A DNA stretch of 64,000 nucleotides from Neocallimastix sp. 'constans' (GCA_050613775.1 JBODTK010000127.1:62001-126000); one strand, 5' to 3'; counted from the first letter of the stretch, positions 38,563 through 53,096 are shown. The notes: generated from the letters alone by a model not told the origin. Numbers and translations: made by a program.

Positions 38563-40381
38563 ATGTGGTGCATTTCGTCAATTTTTATAATACAAATTTT
38601 CAATACGCCATATATTTTTAATGGCTTGTGAAATTTTTGTTAACCCCATAAAAAATTTAATACAATTATATGTAAAAATAAATAAATAAATAAAGAATGT
38701 AATAATATAAGTATATAAATAAAATAAAATAAAATATTTTTTTTAGAATATAAATATAAAGTACAGATTGAATAAAATAAAATAAAATAAAATAAATAGT
38801 AGAATATGAATATAAAGTACAGATTGAATAAAATAAAATAAAATAAATAGTAGAATATGAATATAAAGTACAGATTGAATAAAATAAAATAAAATAAATA
38901 GTAGAATATGAATATAAAGTAGAGATTGAATAAAATAAAATAAAATAAATAGTAGAATATGAATATAAAGTACAGATTGAATAAAATAAAATAAAATAAA
39001 ATAAAATAAAATAAAATAAAATAAAATAAAATAAAATAAAATAAAATAAAATAAAATAAAATAAAATAAAATAAAATAAAATAAAATAAAATAAAATAAA
39101 ATAAAATAAAATAAAATAAAATAAAATAAAATAAAATAAAATAAAATAAAATAAATAGTGTAATAATATAAGAAAGTAAAGTATTAATAAAAATAAAATA
39201 AAATAAATAGTGTAATAATATAAGAAAGTAAAGTATTAATAAAAATAAAATAAAATAAAATAAATAGTGTAGTAATATAAGAAAGTAAAGTATTAATAAA
39301 AATAAAATAAAATAAAATAAATAGTGTAGTAATATAAGAGAGTAAAGTATTAATAAAAATAAAATAAAATAAAATAAATAGTGTAGTAATATAAGAAAGT
39401 AAAGTATTAATAAAAATAAAATAAAATAAAATAAATAGTGTAGTAATATAAGAGAGTAAAGTATTAATAAAAATAAAATAAAATAAAATAAATAGTAGAA
39501 ATATGAATATAAAGTACAGATTGAATAAAATAAAATAAAATAAAATAAATAGTCTTTAAATAGAACTAAATTAGAACTATATAATCTATAATAACTATTA
39601 AAATTAAATGAAATATTATATTATAATAGCATAAACTAGTAATGTTGCAAAAAACTATAATAAACTATCTTAATTATATATTCTGAGTAACTCAATTGTT
39701 ATTTTTGACAATTTTATTTTATTTTATTTTATTTTATTTTATTTTATTTTATTTTATTTTATTTTATTTTATTTTATTTTATTTTATTTTATTTTATTTT
39801 ATTTTATTTTATTTTATTTTATTTTATTTTATTTTATTTTATTTTATTTTATTTTATTCAATCTGTACTTTATATTTATATTTCTACTATTTATTTTATT
39901 TTATTTTATTTTATTTTATTTTATTTTATTTTATTTTATTTTATTTTATTTTATTTTATTTTATTTTATTTTATTTTATTTTATTTTATTTTATTTTATT
40001 TTATTTTATTCAATCTGTACTTTATATTTATATTTCTACTATTTATTTTATTTTATTTTATTTTATTTTATTTTATTTTATTTTATTTTATTTTATTTTA
40101 TTTTATTTTATTTTATTTTATTTTATTTTATTTTATTTTATTTTATTTTATTTTATTTTATTTTATTTTATTTTATTTTATTTTATTTTATTTTATTTTA
40201 TTTTATTTTATTTTATTTTATTTTATTTTATTTTATTTTATTTTATTTTATTTTATTTTATTTTATTTTATATATAATTATATAAAAATCTTTTATGACG
40301 TTAGCAATAAATATTACATGCCATTAAAAAAAATGGCATATTGAAAATTTGTATTATAAAAATTGGTGAAATGCACCACAT
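38563..40381. mobile_element. Foldback-like non-autonomous element with long inverted arms of (AATAA)n satellite and ~70 bp unique outer TIRs
   Basis: Left atgtggtgcatttcgtcaatttttataatacaaattttcaatacgcca; right tggcatattgaaaatttgtattataaaaattggtgaaatgcaccacat. The inner unit tataaagtacagattg is mirrored as caatctgtactttata. Unique spacer at ~39553-39710. Confidence 0.75.
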
Positions 40382-40727
40382 TCTTCTTAAAAAGTAGTTT
40401 GATTTCTCTATATTAATCATACTTATAATTAATAAAATAAAAAAATAATATTTATAAATCAATGTTTTAATTATATTTCATATTTATCTTAATATAGCTA
40501 TTAACTATTTCCTTAAATATTAATAAAAAATAATAAAATTTATATAAATCAATGTTTTAATTATATTCTTATTATTTAATATTTATCTATATACAACTAT
40601 TAACCTTTTCCTTAAATAATAATTATTAATATTTATAATATTTATCTAAATAGTATTTTAATCACAAGAATCATAAAAACTCATTAAATATTATTTTAAT
40701 CACAAGAACAACTAATTAAATATTTAA

Positions 40728-40915
40728 TTATAATTAAATAACATAAAAATAATACATTTCTCTGAATTGAGATATTATAATTAAATAACATAAAAATAAT
40801 ACATTTCTCTTAATTAAGAGATTATAATTAAATAACATAAACATAATATATTTTTCTGAATTAAGAGATTATAATTAAATAATATATAAATAATACATTT
40901 CTCTGAATTAAGAGA
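40728..40915. repeat. Minisatellite, ~4 copies of a ~47-48 bp unit
   Basis: attataattaaataacataaaaataatacatttctctgaattaagag repeated. Confidence 0.8.
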
Positions 40916-41396
40916 AGTGATTGAGAAAGTTGTTATAGTTTTAATGAATAATCAAGTATTTTTACATGAATAAATATAAGAATGTTGTATTTCGGAACCT
41001 GACTGTATATGGTCTATGGCGTACTTCAATAAACCATTTATATAAGAGTAGCTTATGTTATATTTAATAAGTGGATATTAATTTTAAAAGTATATTTAAT
41101 TTTTTTTATTAAAATGATAAAAAAAAATAATATTTAATTTTAAAAATATATTTTAATATATTTTTTGTTAAAATAATAATCAAATATTAAATAATATTTA
41201 TTTTTAAAGATATGTTTTAATAATAATTTTTGTTAAAATAATAAAAAAAATAGTATTTTATTTTAATATTTTTGTTAAATAATATTTAATTTTTAAATAT
41301 ATATTTTAATACTTTTTATTAAAATAATAATATTTATAAAAAGTCAAACAGAGAATTGATAGAGAAATTGAACAAAGCAATGGCCTTAGTTTTGAA

Positions 41397-42200
41397 ATGT
41401 CTAATAATAAATTAAATTCAGTTAAATGTAAAAATTGTGGCAAATATGATCACAAAGAAAAATTTTGTAAAACTGATTATGGATACTTTGCAAGCCTCTT
41501 ATTATTCAAGTTTATAGAAATAAATATTTTTTGTCTATTTTATATAAATACACGTGTTATAGTTGAGTATAATTTAATGAATGATGTTATCAGGTCACAA
41601 ATATCTTTAATACACATCTAAAACATATTAAAACAGATAAAGGTCTTGAATTTGACAATAATAATTTTAAGAAATTTTTTTTTTTGATAAAGGAATTATT
41701 CATAATACTTCCATCAAAAAAACACCTCTTCAAACATTTTCAAGAAACTTTCATTAATAATGATACTGCTTTATTAAAGGAAGAAAATTAAGTCATCGTT
41801 TTTGGAAAGATATTGTTACCATCACTAATTATAGTCATAATTGTTTACCTCACAAATTTAATAATAAAACACCATATGAAATTTTATGTAATGAAAAAGC
41901 TGATACTAATCATTTTAAAATTTTTTGGATGCAAGTGTTTCTTTTACATTCCAAAATAGTTCCACACCAAATTAAAAGGTACTTCTCTTCCAGGTAAATT
42001 TTTAGGATATGATGAATATAATTATACTGTCTATAAAATTTATGATATTACTAATAGAATAGTTATTCTTTTAAGATATGTTGACTTTTACAAAGACTCT
42101 CCCGATAATATTTCTTCACCTACTTCTCCTTTAGAATATTTTGATTTTAACCCCAATAATGAAATTGGAGGAAATAATATCAATTCACCTTTTCTTTTTG
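41397..42200 (+). mobile_element. Ty1/copia relic: gag zinc knuckle and integrase
   Basis: CKNCGKYDHKEKFC (CX2CX4HX4C); IKTDKGLEF; FWKD...KTPYEIL...F/GCKCF...GKFLGYD..YKIYD. Confidence 0.85.
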
Positions 42201-42504
42201 ATATTACTATATACAAAAATAAATTAAATAATAGTAATTTAAATTTTAAATAATATTAATAAAATTAATACACAAAATATTATTTTTATTTTATAAACAT
42301 TTTTATTTATTAGAACACTTAACTATTAATAATATTAATGATGAATATTTTATATATACTTTTATATAGTATTACTCATACTAATAAATAATTGAACATT
42401 TACATAAATTATACATGTATTCATTCGAGTACTTATATATAAAATATATTATTAATAGATATAAAAATTATTAAACTTTATTAAATAATTCATAATATCT
42501 TAAC

Positions 42505-43950
42505 ATTCCTCCTAAAGTTAAATATGATTAAAACTTCGTAAGTATTGATTCTCTGAATTTAGTAATTAATGTATTGATATGATATTTGATAAAATCATCG
42601 GCTAAGTTGGCATTTGTTCTATTGTGTTTTGGTCTTATATCACCCTTTATAATAAGTTCTCTAATATGGTGATATTTAATGTCAATATGTTTTGATTTAG
42701 AGTTTATTGTTTGATTAATCCAGTTTTGAATAACAGCTTTATTATCTATTTTTATTTCTGCATATTTTATGTTCATATTAAGTTCTTTAAAAATATTTTT
42801 ATACTATAAACAATATCTTTCACATTCATCTATAGTATAATATTTGCTTTCCATAGTAGAAGTTGATACACAATTTTTAGTTTTGAATACTAACATATTG
42901 ATAACCTATTCATCATGATTATATATCCTATTGTTGATTTCCTAGTTTATGTGTCTCCACTATAATCTGCATCTATATAAATGTCAAGTTTATAGTTATT
43001 TTTGTATTTTAAATCATATTTAGGATTACCTTTTAAGTATCTGAAAATTTTAATGACATTAATCTAATCTTTTAAATTTGGGTTGCTTGCACGTCTAGAA
43101 GCTTTATTAACAGCAAAGAGTATATCCGATCTAATACATCCAACTAAGTATAATAGACATCCAATAGTTTTTCTTTATAAACTTTCATCATATTTCCTTT
43201 TTTTCAATTCTCTGTTTGTATAGGCACATATTTGAACAAGGAGTGTATTTATCGATTTTAAATTTTTTTAAAAGGTTTTTAATGTATTTTTCTTGATGGA
43301 TTAAATAACAATCATTTTGTTTTTCAAATTTAAAACCTATCATATAATCTGCCTTACCTACATCAGTAATATTAAATTTAACTTTTATGCATTCTTTTGT
43401 TTTTCATAATTTAACTTTAATACCTGTTATGAGAATATCATCTACCAGCTAATAAACGAATTATTTTACCTTCTCTATTCTCCTTTATATAAATACACGG
43501 TTCCCTTCTTAATCTAATAAAGTTAAATTCTATTATCATTCTATTAAATGTGTTATTACAAGCGCAAACAGTCTATTTTAGTCCATGAAAAGCTTTGTTC
43601 AATTTCCAGTATTTTTTCTTATAACTATCATCCCCTTCTGGTGATTCCATATATATTTCTATTTCTTAGTCAACATTTGGATACGCTGCTGAGAAAGTAT
43701 ATAGTTGGTGCTTTATATTTGTAAAAATCCATGAGCAACTAACTAAGCTTTCTTTTTACTATGTTTCCTTGTGAATCTCCTTTATAGGTAAATATCCAAC
43801 AAGTAATGATTACATTTGAGTCAGAAGGAACTTAATCTACTATTTTATATACTTTAAATTTCTCATGTTCGTCATTTATTGTTTTTAACCATCTTTATTT
43901 TCCCTTTTATTATAAATATCATTAAAATATTACGTTTCTTTTAAGTTCAA
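42505..43950 (-). mobile_element. Ty1/copia relic: RT-RNase H, with PPT and start of 3' LTR
   Basis: WKLNKAFHGLK, IGCLLYL...RSDILFAV, KSKHIDIKYHHIRE; AGGAGGAA purine tract followed by TGTTAAG at 42505. Confidence 0.85.
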
Positions 43951-44899
43951 TTCTGAATAGTATGTTATTATATTAATTATTTCAGCTAAATTTTCATAAT
44001 TGGATAACTTAATTTTATTTTCATTTATATCTATAAATTTTCTTTTCTTTGGGTATTATAATTTATTTATTTTATCATTTTCATGTTTCTCGTTGAAAAT
44101 TATATTTTCAAATTGATTTTTTACATTTGAAATATTTTTGTTACGGTTATTTTTGCCAGTATTATTAAATGTACTTAAATTATATTTATTTATATTTAAC
44201 ATCATTATTATTTTTTTTAATTATTGTTCAAATTATAATTTAAATTTTCATTTTTATTTTCGTTACTTTCAATTAAATTTAATTTATCTTTTATATTATT
44301 ATTGTTCTTTGATAAATCATTTAACTTTAAAAATTCATCTAAACTCCATGATTATTTAAAGAATCATTTTCTTTGTTTACTTTATGATTAAAATTTTGAA
44401 TATTTTTATTTATATTTTAATAATTTAATTTTGATGGATAAACAAATTTTAAAATTGAAATATCGTTTTCATTTAAATTATTAGTTTGATTAATATATTA
44501 TTCAATATATCTTTTGTATTACTTGCATTTTCCTCATTAATCATGCTTTTTGAAATATTTTCATTTGAATTATAATTATTATTTTGTTTATTTTCATTTT
44601 TATTGTAAAAGATTGAAAAAGGATTTTGATCTTAAGTAGTTGTCAAGAATTTTTATAATAAATTTATTTCCATATATGATCAGGAACATTGAAAATATCC
44701 AGATGAATAAATTCAAACAATTTATTTACTCTATTGAGAGAGCTTTTATATAGTTTATTTATAAATTCTGTTTTTGATAGACTTAATTGAATATAGCCTA
44801 TTTTCTCTTTTATTATAAATCGAGGCAATGTTGATATTATTCTTATTATAAAAAAAATTGTCTTAAAATACCTTTCACCAAGACAATCAATAGAGAGAA

Positions 44900-45244
44900 G
44901 ACATCTTCTAAATGCATTAGTAAGAAGCCAACCTTCTCCTCCATATGATGCTGATGCAGATGATCATGAAATTGCCAATACTCTTAAGAGTCATGGTTAC
45001 ATTTATTCTTGTATGTGAAATATTTATACTTTAGATTGAGCTAAGAACGATAATGTAAACTATGCTCTTAGCGAATTCAAAGCAATTTAGGTAGACCAAT
45101 TCTTTCTCTAATCGTTGTTTCTATAGTACTATTTCTAATGAAAGTTTACTTACTTTAGCTGAAGCCGAAAATAATTTTATGCATAAGAAAGGATACATTA
45201 ATTTTACCATGGATGAATGTCTCTTCCTTAAAGCTTATCAATAA
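44900..45244 (+). pseudogene. CE4 deacetylase pseudogene (C-terminal half), related to the 8244 gene
   Basis: ISKKPTF..PPYDADADDHEIANTLKSHGY..CM*NIYTLD*AKNDNVNYAL...RPILSL..CFY...SLLTLAEAE...GY..TMDECL.LKAYQ*, with stops and frameshifts. Confidence 0.85.
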
Positions 45245-46306
45245 ATCAATTATGTTTTTTATTAGATCAATCTATTAAATCAATAAATCAATAAATCAAT
45301 AAATAAAATAATTATTTTTAATTTTTGTATGTTTTATATGTTAAACAACGATTTTTTATATGAAAATTTTATTATTTATATAATAATAAAATCTATGGTG
45401 AGAAGCGGATTAGGGGTTAGCTTTTTTATGCATATATTTTTAAAAAATAAAAATAATAATAATTCATTTAAAAGATTAAATTCAAATAAAAAAAATAAAA
45501 GAAGTAAAATATAATAATATAATAAAATTAAGCAAGAAAACTATTTAGTTATTTATTTATTAAGTAAATACCAATTCTTTTATTAAATCCAAAATAAATA
45601 AATTAAACTTTCAAAAAAAAAAAAAAAAAAAAAAAAGAGTTTCTTAGATTCATTTAGAAATATCATCTTCATATTAAATTTAATAAATTAAATAATGGTC
45701 TCTTAAATTTTAAAAAACAATCATTTAAAAATATCAAATTAAATTTAATATATAATTAAATAATAGTCTCTTAAATTTTATTTTTATTAAAATTTTTTAT
45801 TTTTTATTATATTATATTATATTTTTTTATTTGATTATTGCTATTATTTAAATAATATTTTAAAAATTTTGTGTAGTTTTATATAAATTTTAATATTACT
45901 TTAAAATTTATAATAATATATATTTTTAAAATATATTTAAATATTATTTATTAGCAGAAAGAAAGTAATTCTATCTATTTTTTTTTTTTTCCTTATTATT
46001 TTTAATATATATATATATTTTTTTACTAAATTAAATGAATTTATTTATTTATTTATCTATTTATTTTAAATATATATATTTTATTTATTTATTCAATCAT
46101 TTATTTTTATATATTTTATTTTATTATTTTATTATTTTATTTTTTATTTTTTATATATTTTATTTTAATTTTATATATTTATATATGAATTTTTTATTTA
46201 TTTTTATTTATTTATTTATTTTTTTCATTTATTTATTTATTATTTGTTTGCTGGTTTTTTCTGTTTGTTCGTTAGTCCGTATATTATAACTATTGTTTTA
46301 ATTTTA

Positions 46307-46348
<42 letters not shown>

Positions 46349-46588
46349 CATTTATTTAAATTTATTTAATAAAATTATATATATTTATTAATATTATTTT
46401 TTTTATTAATTATTAGTATTAATAATATAATTAGTTTTTTTTTTAATAATAAAAAGAATTAAAAAAATATAAATATATATTGAGTTATCTTTATTTGCTT
46501 ATATGTTTTAATTTATATAATTTATAATATATAATTTAATTATATTTATTTATTTTTATATTATTATTATTATTATTTTTGTTAATGT

Positions 46589-46621
<33 letters not shown>

Positions 46622-46632
46622 AGTGGGTATTT

Positions 46633-47439
46633 TTATTGATTTTGTGTTTGAACAACTGGTGGAGATTTAATAATTTCAATTGTGGCTAAGCGTTGCTTTC
46701 CATCTTCAATTCTAGAATAAATAATATTTTTATTTTCATCATGTAGAAGAAGACGCATACTATTTCCGGGGACAATTTGTTTTGGTTCTTTTGCTTCAAA
46801 TTCATTCCAAATTGCCATATATTCTACATTTATAACATAAATATATGGGGATCTATAGGCAAAAGCTCTTGGTGAAGTATTCCATTTAAAGAATATATCT
46901 GGTCGAGAACGGTTACCATTTTTATCAATAAAGAAGCCGATTTTATTATAACAAAGTAAAAAGTCATTTTGTTGAGTTTTAAACATATTCATTGGAGAGT
47001 ATTCTGATTTAAGTAAATTCTTAAATACAATATCATTTGGATTTAATAAACTTTGAGTTGTAAGATTTTTTACATTAACAACTTCAAAACTCTTAATACA
47101 TGCAACACAAAGACTACGACGTAAGAAACGAATAGTTACACCTTCAGATGGTATATAGAATTGCTTAAAGCTTGTAACTACATCACCAGTAAGATAAAGC
47201 TTTTGATATGTTTTTCTATAGTTTGGATTTAAAAGTAATCTTTTAGGTTCGAACATTTTTACAACTGTTTTGCTTGTAGAAGATTTTGCACAACATAATA
47301 TGAATCTTTCATCACAAAAACCTGTGGCAATAAAACTGACATTAGAACTAATTTTTTTATTATGTTTAATATAACGTGGATTGGTATAAACACCTTTAAG
47401 TAATAAATTAATACTAAAAGCATATGTTTCATGATCTAA

Positions 47440-47484
<45 letters not shown>

Positions 47485-47492
47485 TATAATAA

Positions 47493-47528
<36 letters not shown>

Positions 47529-50500
47529 TATTAAAATAAAATTAATGTTGTTAATGTATTAATTAATTGTAATTAGATTTATAATAATTTAATAATTATT
47601 ATTTTATAAATTATATAAAGTAGAAATAAAAAAAAAAAAATAAAATATAATATAAAAATGATAAAATAAATAAATAAATAAATAAATAAATTAAATTAAA
47701 TTAAAAAATATAATAAGAAAAAAGGAATTATATATATATAATAAAATAAAATTAAATTAAATTAAATAGATAATAAAATATTAAATTAGAAAAGTACAAA
47801 TTGAATAAAATAAAAATAAGATAAAAAAATAATATATAAATATAATCTATATATATATATATAAATTAAAATAATAATAATAATAATATTATCTTACTTG
47901 ATAAAACAAATACTAAATCAAATTGTTCCATAGATTCAACTTGTGTAATTTTAGATAATTGTAATAATGGTTTCATCATATAATTATTAATAAGAACATA
48001 GATACCAATATCATTGGCTAATAAAAGAGCACCATTATTCAAACGATGAATAGTTTGAACTGGTGAATCCAATTTAGTATGAGAAAAGAAGATTATTTCC
48101 TTTGCAATTGGTTTAGGTAATAATTCTTGTTGTTTTTGAATGGCTTCTACCCAAGCTTTTTGTTCTGAAAGAATTGGGGTAAAAAATTGGTATGTTCCAA
48201 CACCTAAATGTTTAAGAGTAAAAATATAACCCATGGATCCATAATCATTAATTTTAGTATGATTATTTACAACTAATTTCTTATTATTAGAATGTGATTC
48301 ACCATGAGGTTTAATAGATTTTTTTTCTTCTGAATGATTAATAGTTAAGAGTGAAATTGGAATAGGTTTAGCATAAATATGATAATTATCATTTTTTTCA
48401 TAAGTAATAATAGTTACATTGTCTAAAAGAAGAAGTGTAACTTCAAGTGAAGGCTCATTAGCATAATTATGAACAATAAGTGAAAGTTTACCTTCACGAA
48501 TATATTCACGTTTAGGATCATCAAAATGAATGGCAGATATATCATTTTTCTTTTCAAATCTTAATAATTCAGACCATTGATCCATCTTTAAACGATTAGC
48601 TTCTTTACCAGCTACTTGATTAACTTCTTTTAAAATATTTTCAATTGTAGTATTAGCTTCCTTTAATAATATTTGATCACGATGATTTTTTGAAGTATTC
48701 TTCAATATATCACGAATAAGAATTGGATAACGTCCTAATCTTGTGGTTGGTCTAGCTAAGAAACTTTCAATTGGTAATCTTCTAAATTGTGGCATATTTT
48801 GACATTCTTTTAGAAAGGCAGATAATTGAGCATTCTTATTCTTTTGAACTTGTAATATTTGTTTAGCAGAGGGTTGACTTTCGCCATATTTAATATAACA
48901 TTTAAAATTAGCAACATGTTCCTTAACTACATCACCCATGGATTCTAAAATTGGTTTTCTCTTTTGAATTCTACGAAGAGCTTCATAAAAGTCACCATTG
49001 ACTTGAGAAATTTCCTCTATATTACCAAAAACACTGTCAACAAATCGATTATCAATACCTGGAACTTTACCATGTCTCAATGGACCAATCATATATTTAA
49101 TTACTGATTGTAAATCATTTACATATTCTTTCTCAGTGCGAATAAATTCATATATAATTTCCTGACGTTTAATAGCATCACGAGACATCTTACTAACATA
49201 AGATTTACCAAGTGATGTTGACCATGTGGTTTGTAATCCAATAGTCATTGCCATATTAGCAAATCTACCTGCAGTTTCCTTTGCTGTAATTGTTTCCATA
49301 ATTCTTCTTCTTGGACAAGAGTAAGAATAACAAGGAGAATCATCGGTACATGTTGGTGAATAACATCTAGCAATATTAACAAGAACACCATATGGATCAT
49401 TTTCTTCAAACTCCTTTCTTGTACCTCTTCTTTCAGTTAATTTTCTCATTAAACTCTTTCTATCATTTGGATTTAATCTTTCAGTTTCCTTTCTTTCCAG
49501 AATAGCAATTGGCTTAGCTAAATCTTCAAATTGATAATAATGATAATGACTATCTAATAATTTGTGAAGATAAGTAACATCATGGAACATATCTTGTTCT
49601 TCTAATGCTTGACCAATAGTTTGAGCCACCTTTCTATCTTCAGTACCAAGAATATCAGCAAGAGCAGTTACAGCATCATAACCTGAGAAACTTCGCATAT
49701 ACTCAATTGAATCTTTAATATGTTTAACCAATTTTATTCTTTTTCTAAAATTAGCAGCTATTTCAGACATATTTGCAGAATGATAAACTAATGGGAACTT
49801 TTCTCTAACATCACCAGAATGATAAACAAAATCATCCTCAAATTTATCTTCCTTAATAGATTCTTCTACAATAGATTTAGATGTTTTTTCTGTATTTGAT
49901 TTAGATACAGGTTCTGATTTTAACATATCATCATTAATTGAAGATAAATCTTTGTTATAACTACCATTTATATTACCAGATGGTAAAGAATTTGGAGTAC
50001 CTGGAAGTGAATTTGTATTAGAGGTAATAATTCTATTTCCTTGTTGCGATTGTGATGTTCTTGGTGGTGCTGGTGGTGCCGGTGATATTTCTAAACTTTG
50101 ACGTCTTTGAGGTCTTGATAACGAAGATTGCTCATTTCTGTAATGACGTCTTGGAGGTACTGCTGGTACTGCTCCTGATGTAATAGATGAAGAAGGAGAA
50201 GGTCCATATCCATCATTTTTTTGATTATTATTATTCATTTCATAATAACGTGGCGGTCTTTTTGGAGGAATTGCTGACACACCTGGATCTAAACTTGGTG
50301 ATGGTGTTATATTTTCTGTTTTTATAGAACGATTATCCGAATATGAAGTAAATGATTTATCGTCACCATAATATGCTATAATTAATAGCAATTAAATTAA
50401 AATATATAATAAAAAATAATATATTAAAAAAACATCAAAAACAAAAACAAAAACAAAAACAAAAAAAAAAAAAAAAAAAAAAAAAAATCAATAATGCATA

Positions 50501-50625
50501 ATAAAATATATTAAAATAAAATATAATATTACATATAACATAATATAGTATATGATATAATATAATATATTAAATAAAAATAAAAATAGTTAATAATTAA
50601 ATTTAAAATTAAAATAATATTTTTT

Positions 50626-50665
<40 letters not shown>

Positions 50666-53096
50666 ATAATAAATTTTATATAAGAATAATAATTAATTAA
50701 TTAATTATAAATGCAAAGTTTGTTTTTTAATGAAATAATATAAAGCACATAACAATTGATAAATAGATAAAATAATAATATAAAAATATAATTATAAAAT
50801 AAATAAAATGTATAACCTAATAACTACAAATTTAAATAATTTTAAAAAAAAAAAAAAAATGCTTATCCAATAAATTTATATATTAATAAATATTTAATTT
50901 ACCTGATCCGTTAGCACAATCACGATTAGAGAGATATTCTTCATATTGAGAATCTCGTTGGGAATGATCATATGAAGATTGTCCATTATTAGAATAATAA
51001 CCATTAAGATTATAAATGTCACTTTGATTATCTGTTTTGAAATTTTCTTTATTATTATTTGATAAATTATCTTTATCTTTTGAAGAAATATCTTCATTAT
51101 CATTCAAATCATTTCTTAAATGGGTAAAAACATCTGTTAATTGAATACTATCTCTTGTTATAACGGATTCATTACGATCAATGTTATGTTGTTGTTGAAT
51201 TCTTTCAACTGGATTAAGAGTTACATCTTCTGTACGATCTTTTGCATCGTTTTCATCCACTTGTTTAAATAAATCTTTTATTTCGTCACTCAAAACATTT
51301 AATAATGCTTGATTTGATTGATCAACTTCTTCTGAGATATTTTCTTTATTATCTTTTACTGATGTAAATTCGTCACCATTATCATTATTATTCGTCATAA
51401 TCTTTTTGTCAATATTATTTGAAATAGCATCTAAATCAAAATCTAAGAAATTAATTGTATTACTATCATCGATATCTTTCAAATTCAAACTAAGACGTTG
51501 TAATTCTTTAGCTTCGATTGGATCAAGATTCTTATAAGTTTGTTCTGTATTTGCAGCTAAGGTTTTTTCATCAAGAATAACAGTACTAGTATCTTGAAGA
51601 AGTTTAGATAAATCTTCTGCTTCTATACTAATACGTCTTTCATTCTTAAATTTTGCTTCTTCAATATCATCATCTGAACTATCATATTCATTGTTTTCAT
51701 TATTTTCTTTATTCTCAATATAATCATTAGTCGATTTTGAGATACTACTAAATTGAGATATACCGCTAATTCGGGAAGCATCAGATTGACGAATCGAATT
51801 ATTATCCTTTACCACCAAACTAGAATGATGATCTTGATAAATCTCACCTTCAAAATTATTATTAAATTCCATATTAGGAACTGTAATTGATAATGAATTG
51901 GAATGATCATTACGATAATTAGGTGATTTATTAAAACCAGAATCTTCATTATTATAGTATTTTATTGATGAAGCATTTGAATTTGGACTAGAATTACCAA
52001 TATTTGTACCTTGATTAGTAATACTTAATTGACTGGCTTGTGATGAGAGAGAAGTATTGCGACCTCTTTGATACTGACGAGGTGGTGCTGTTTCTCCAAG
52101 ACTTGGACTATATGATGCCAGGGAATATCGATGCATGGGTGATGTACTTATATCTGATTTTACTAACATTGAACGACGTTGAGGTGGAATGGGAGATGTT
52201 CTTCCATTTAATTTTGGGGATAATGAAGGTGAACCTTCCGTATTTGGTCTTATTGATGAAACTTGTACAGGCATAACTTTATGATTTGTGGGTGGAATCA
52301 CTTGACGTCTTGGAGGTGGTGGTGGGTCATTTGGTTGAGCATTAGCTGGTATATACTTTCTTGGCGGATTTGGTAAACTTGACTCTGAAATATAAATTTC
52401 TGGTGATCTTTGTTCATGATTATAAGAATTAGCTGGTTGTAAATTATTATTTTGAGGATAATAGTTACGTTGATTTTGTTGTTGTCCATACGTTTGTTGG
52501 ACTGGTGCTTGATAACCATTACTAGGATATGACTGAGAATTTAATGACGATGAATAATTTATTTTTGGAGGAGGACCCCTTACAGAACTATTTGGACTAG
52601 ATTGAACAGTAGAACTATATTTTGGATAACCTTGTCCACCATTAGGATTATAATTTACTTGAGAATACTGATTTATTGGTTGTTGTTGAGGTGAATATTG
52701 ATTTATTGGTTGTTGTTGAGGTGAATATTGATTTATTGGTTGTTGTTGAGGTGAATATTGATTTATTGGTTGTTGTTGTGATGAATATTGATTTATAGGT
52801 TGTGGATAACTATTCATAGGATGAGGTCCTGAAACAATTCCACTCGAAAAGGAATTCATATGTTGATGACGAGTATTATTTGGAAATTGTAAATGGTTAT
52901 CAAAATTTCCTTGATTTTGGTTAGGTGAATGTCCATAATTATAATAACCATTATTATTATTTGGGTAATTAGTTTGAGGAATTTGATTTTGATTACCATA
53001 GTACTGAGTATTATAATTATCAGTACTATGAGGATTTAAAGGTGGAGGTGCTCTCCTTCCACCACCTCTTGGTGGTACTGGTGGTGCTTGATGCAT
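46633..53096 (-). CDS. ROM2: Rom1/Rom2 (Rgf)-type Rho1 GEF: long Pro/Gln/Asn-rich N-terminus, DEP, DH, PH, CNH; exons 53096-50903, 50375-47898, 47435-46633
   Basis: FSGYDAV/FHDVTY (DEP); CYSPTC..CYS.SCPRR; KRQEIIYEFIRTE..Y, FLARPTTRLGRYP (DH); FLLCYNKIGFFIDKNG..SR (CNH). Phase-compatible GT-AG introns. Confidence 0.92.
52665..52800 (-). repeat. Coding 30-bp tandem repeat (QQQPINQYSP) in GEF N-terminus
   Basis: ~4.5 near-identical units. Confidence 0.9.

Noticed and set aside
38755..39550. Regularly spaced repeats resembling a CRISPR array
   Set aside because: Intervening sequences are AATAA microsatellite rather than unique spacers; eukaryotic context and no cas genes.
39696..40277. 193-aa ILFYF-repeat ORF
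   Set aside because: Translation of the (TTATT)n satellite arm; not a gene.
46035..46289. Hydrophobic F/I/Y-rich ORFs (also 1990, 44138, 53042, 61603)
   Set aside because: Low-complexity T-rich DNA or antisense of other features; not credible membrane proteins.
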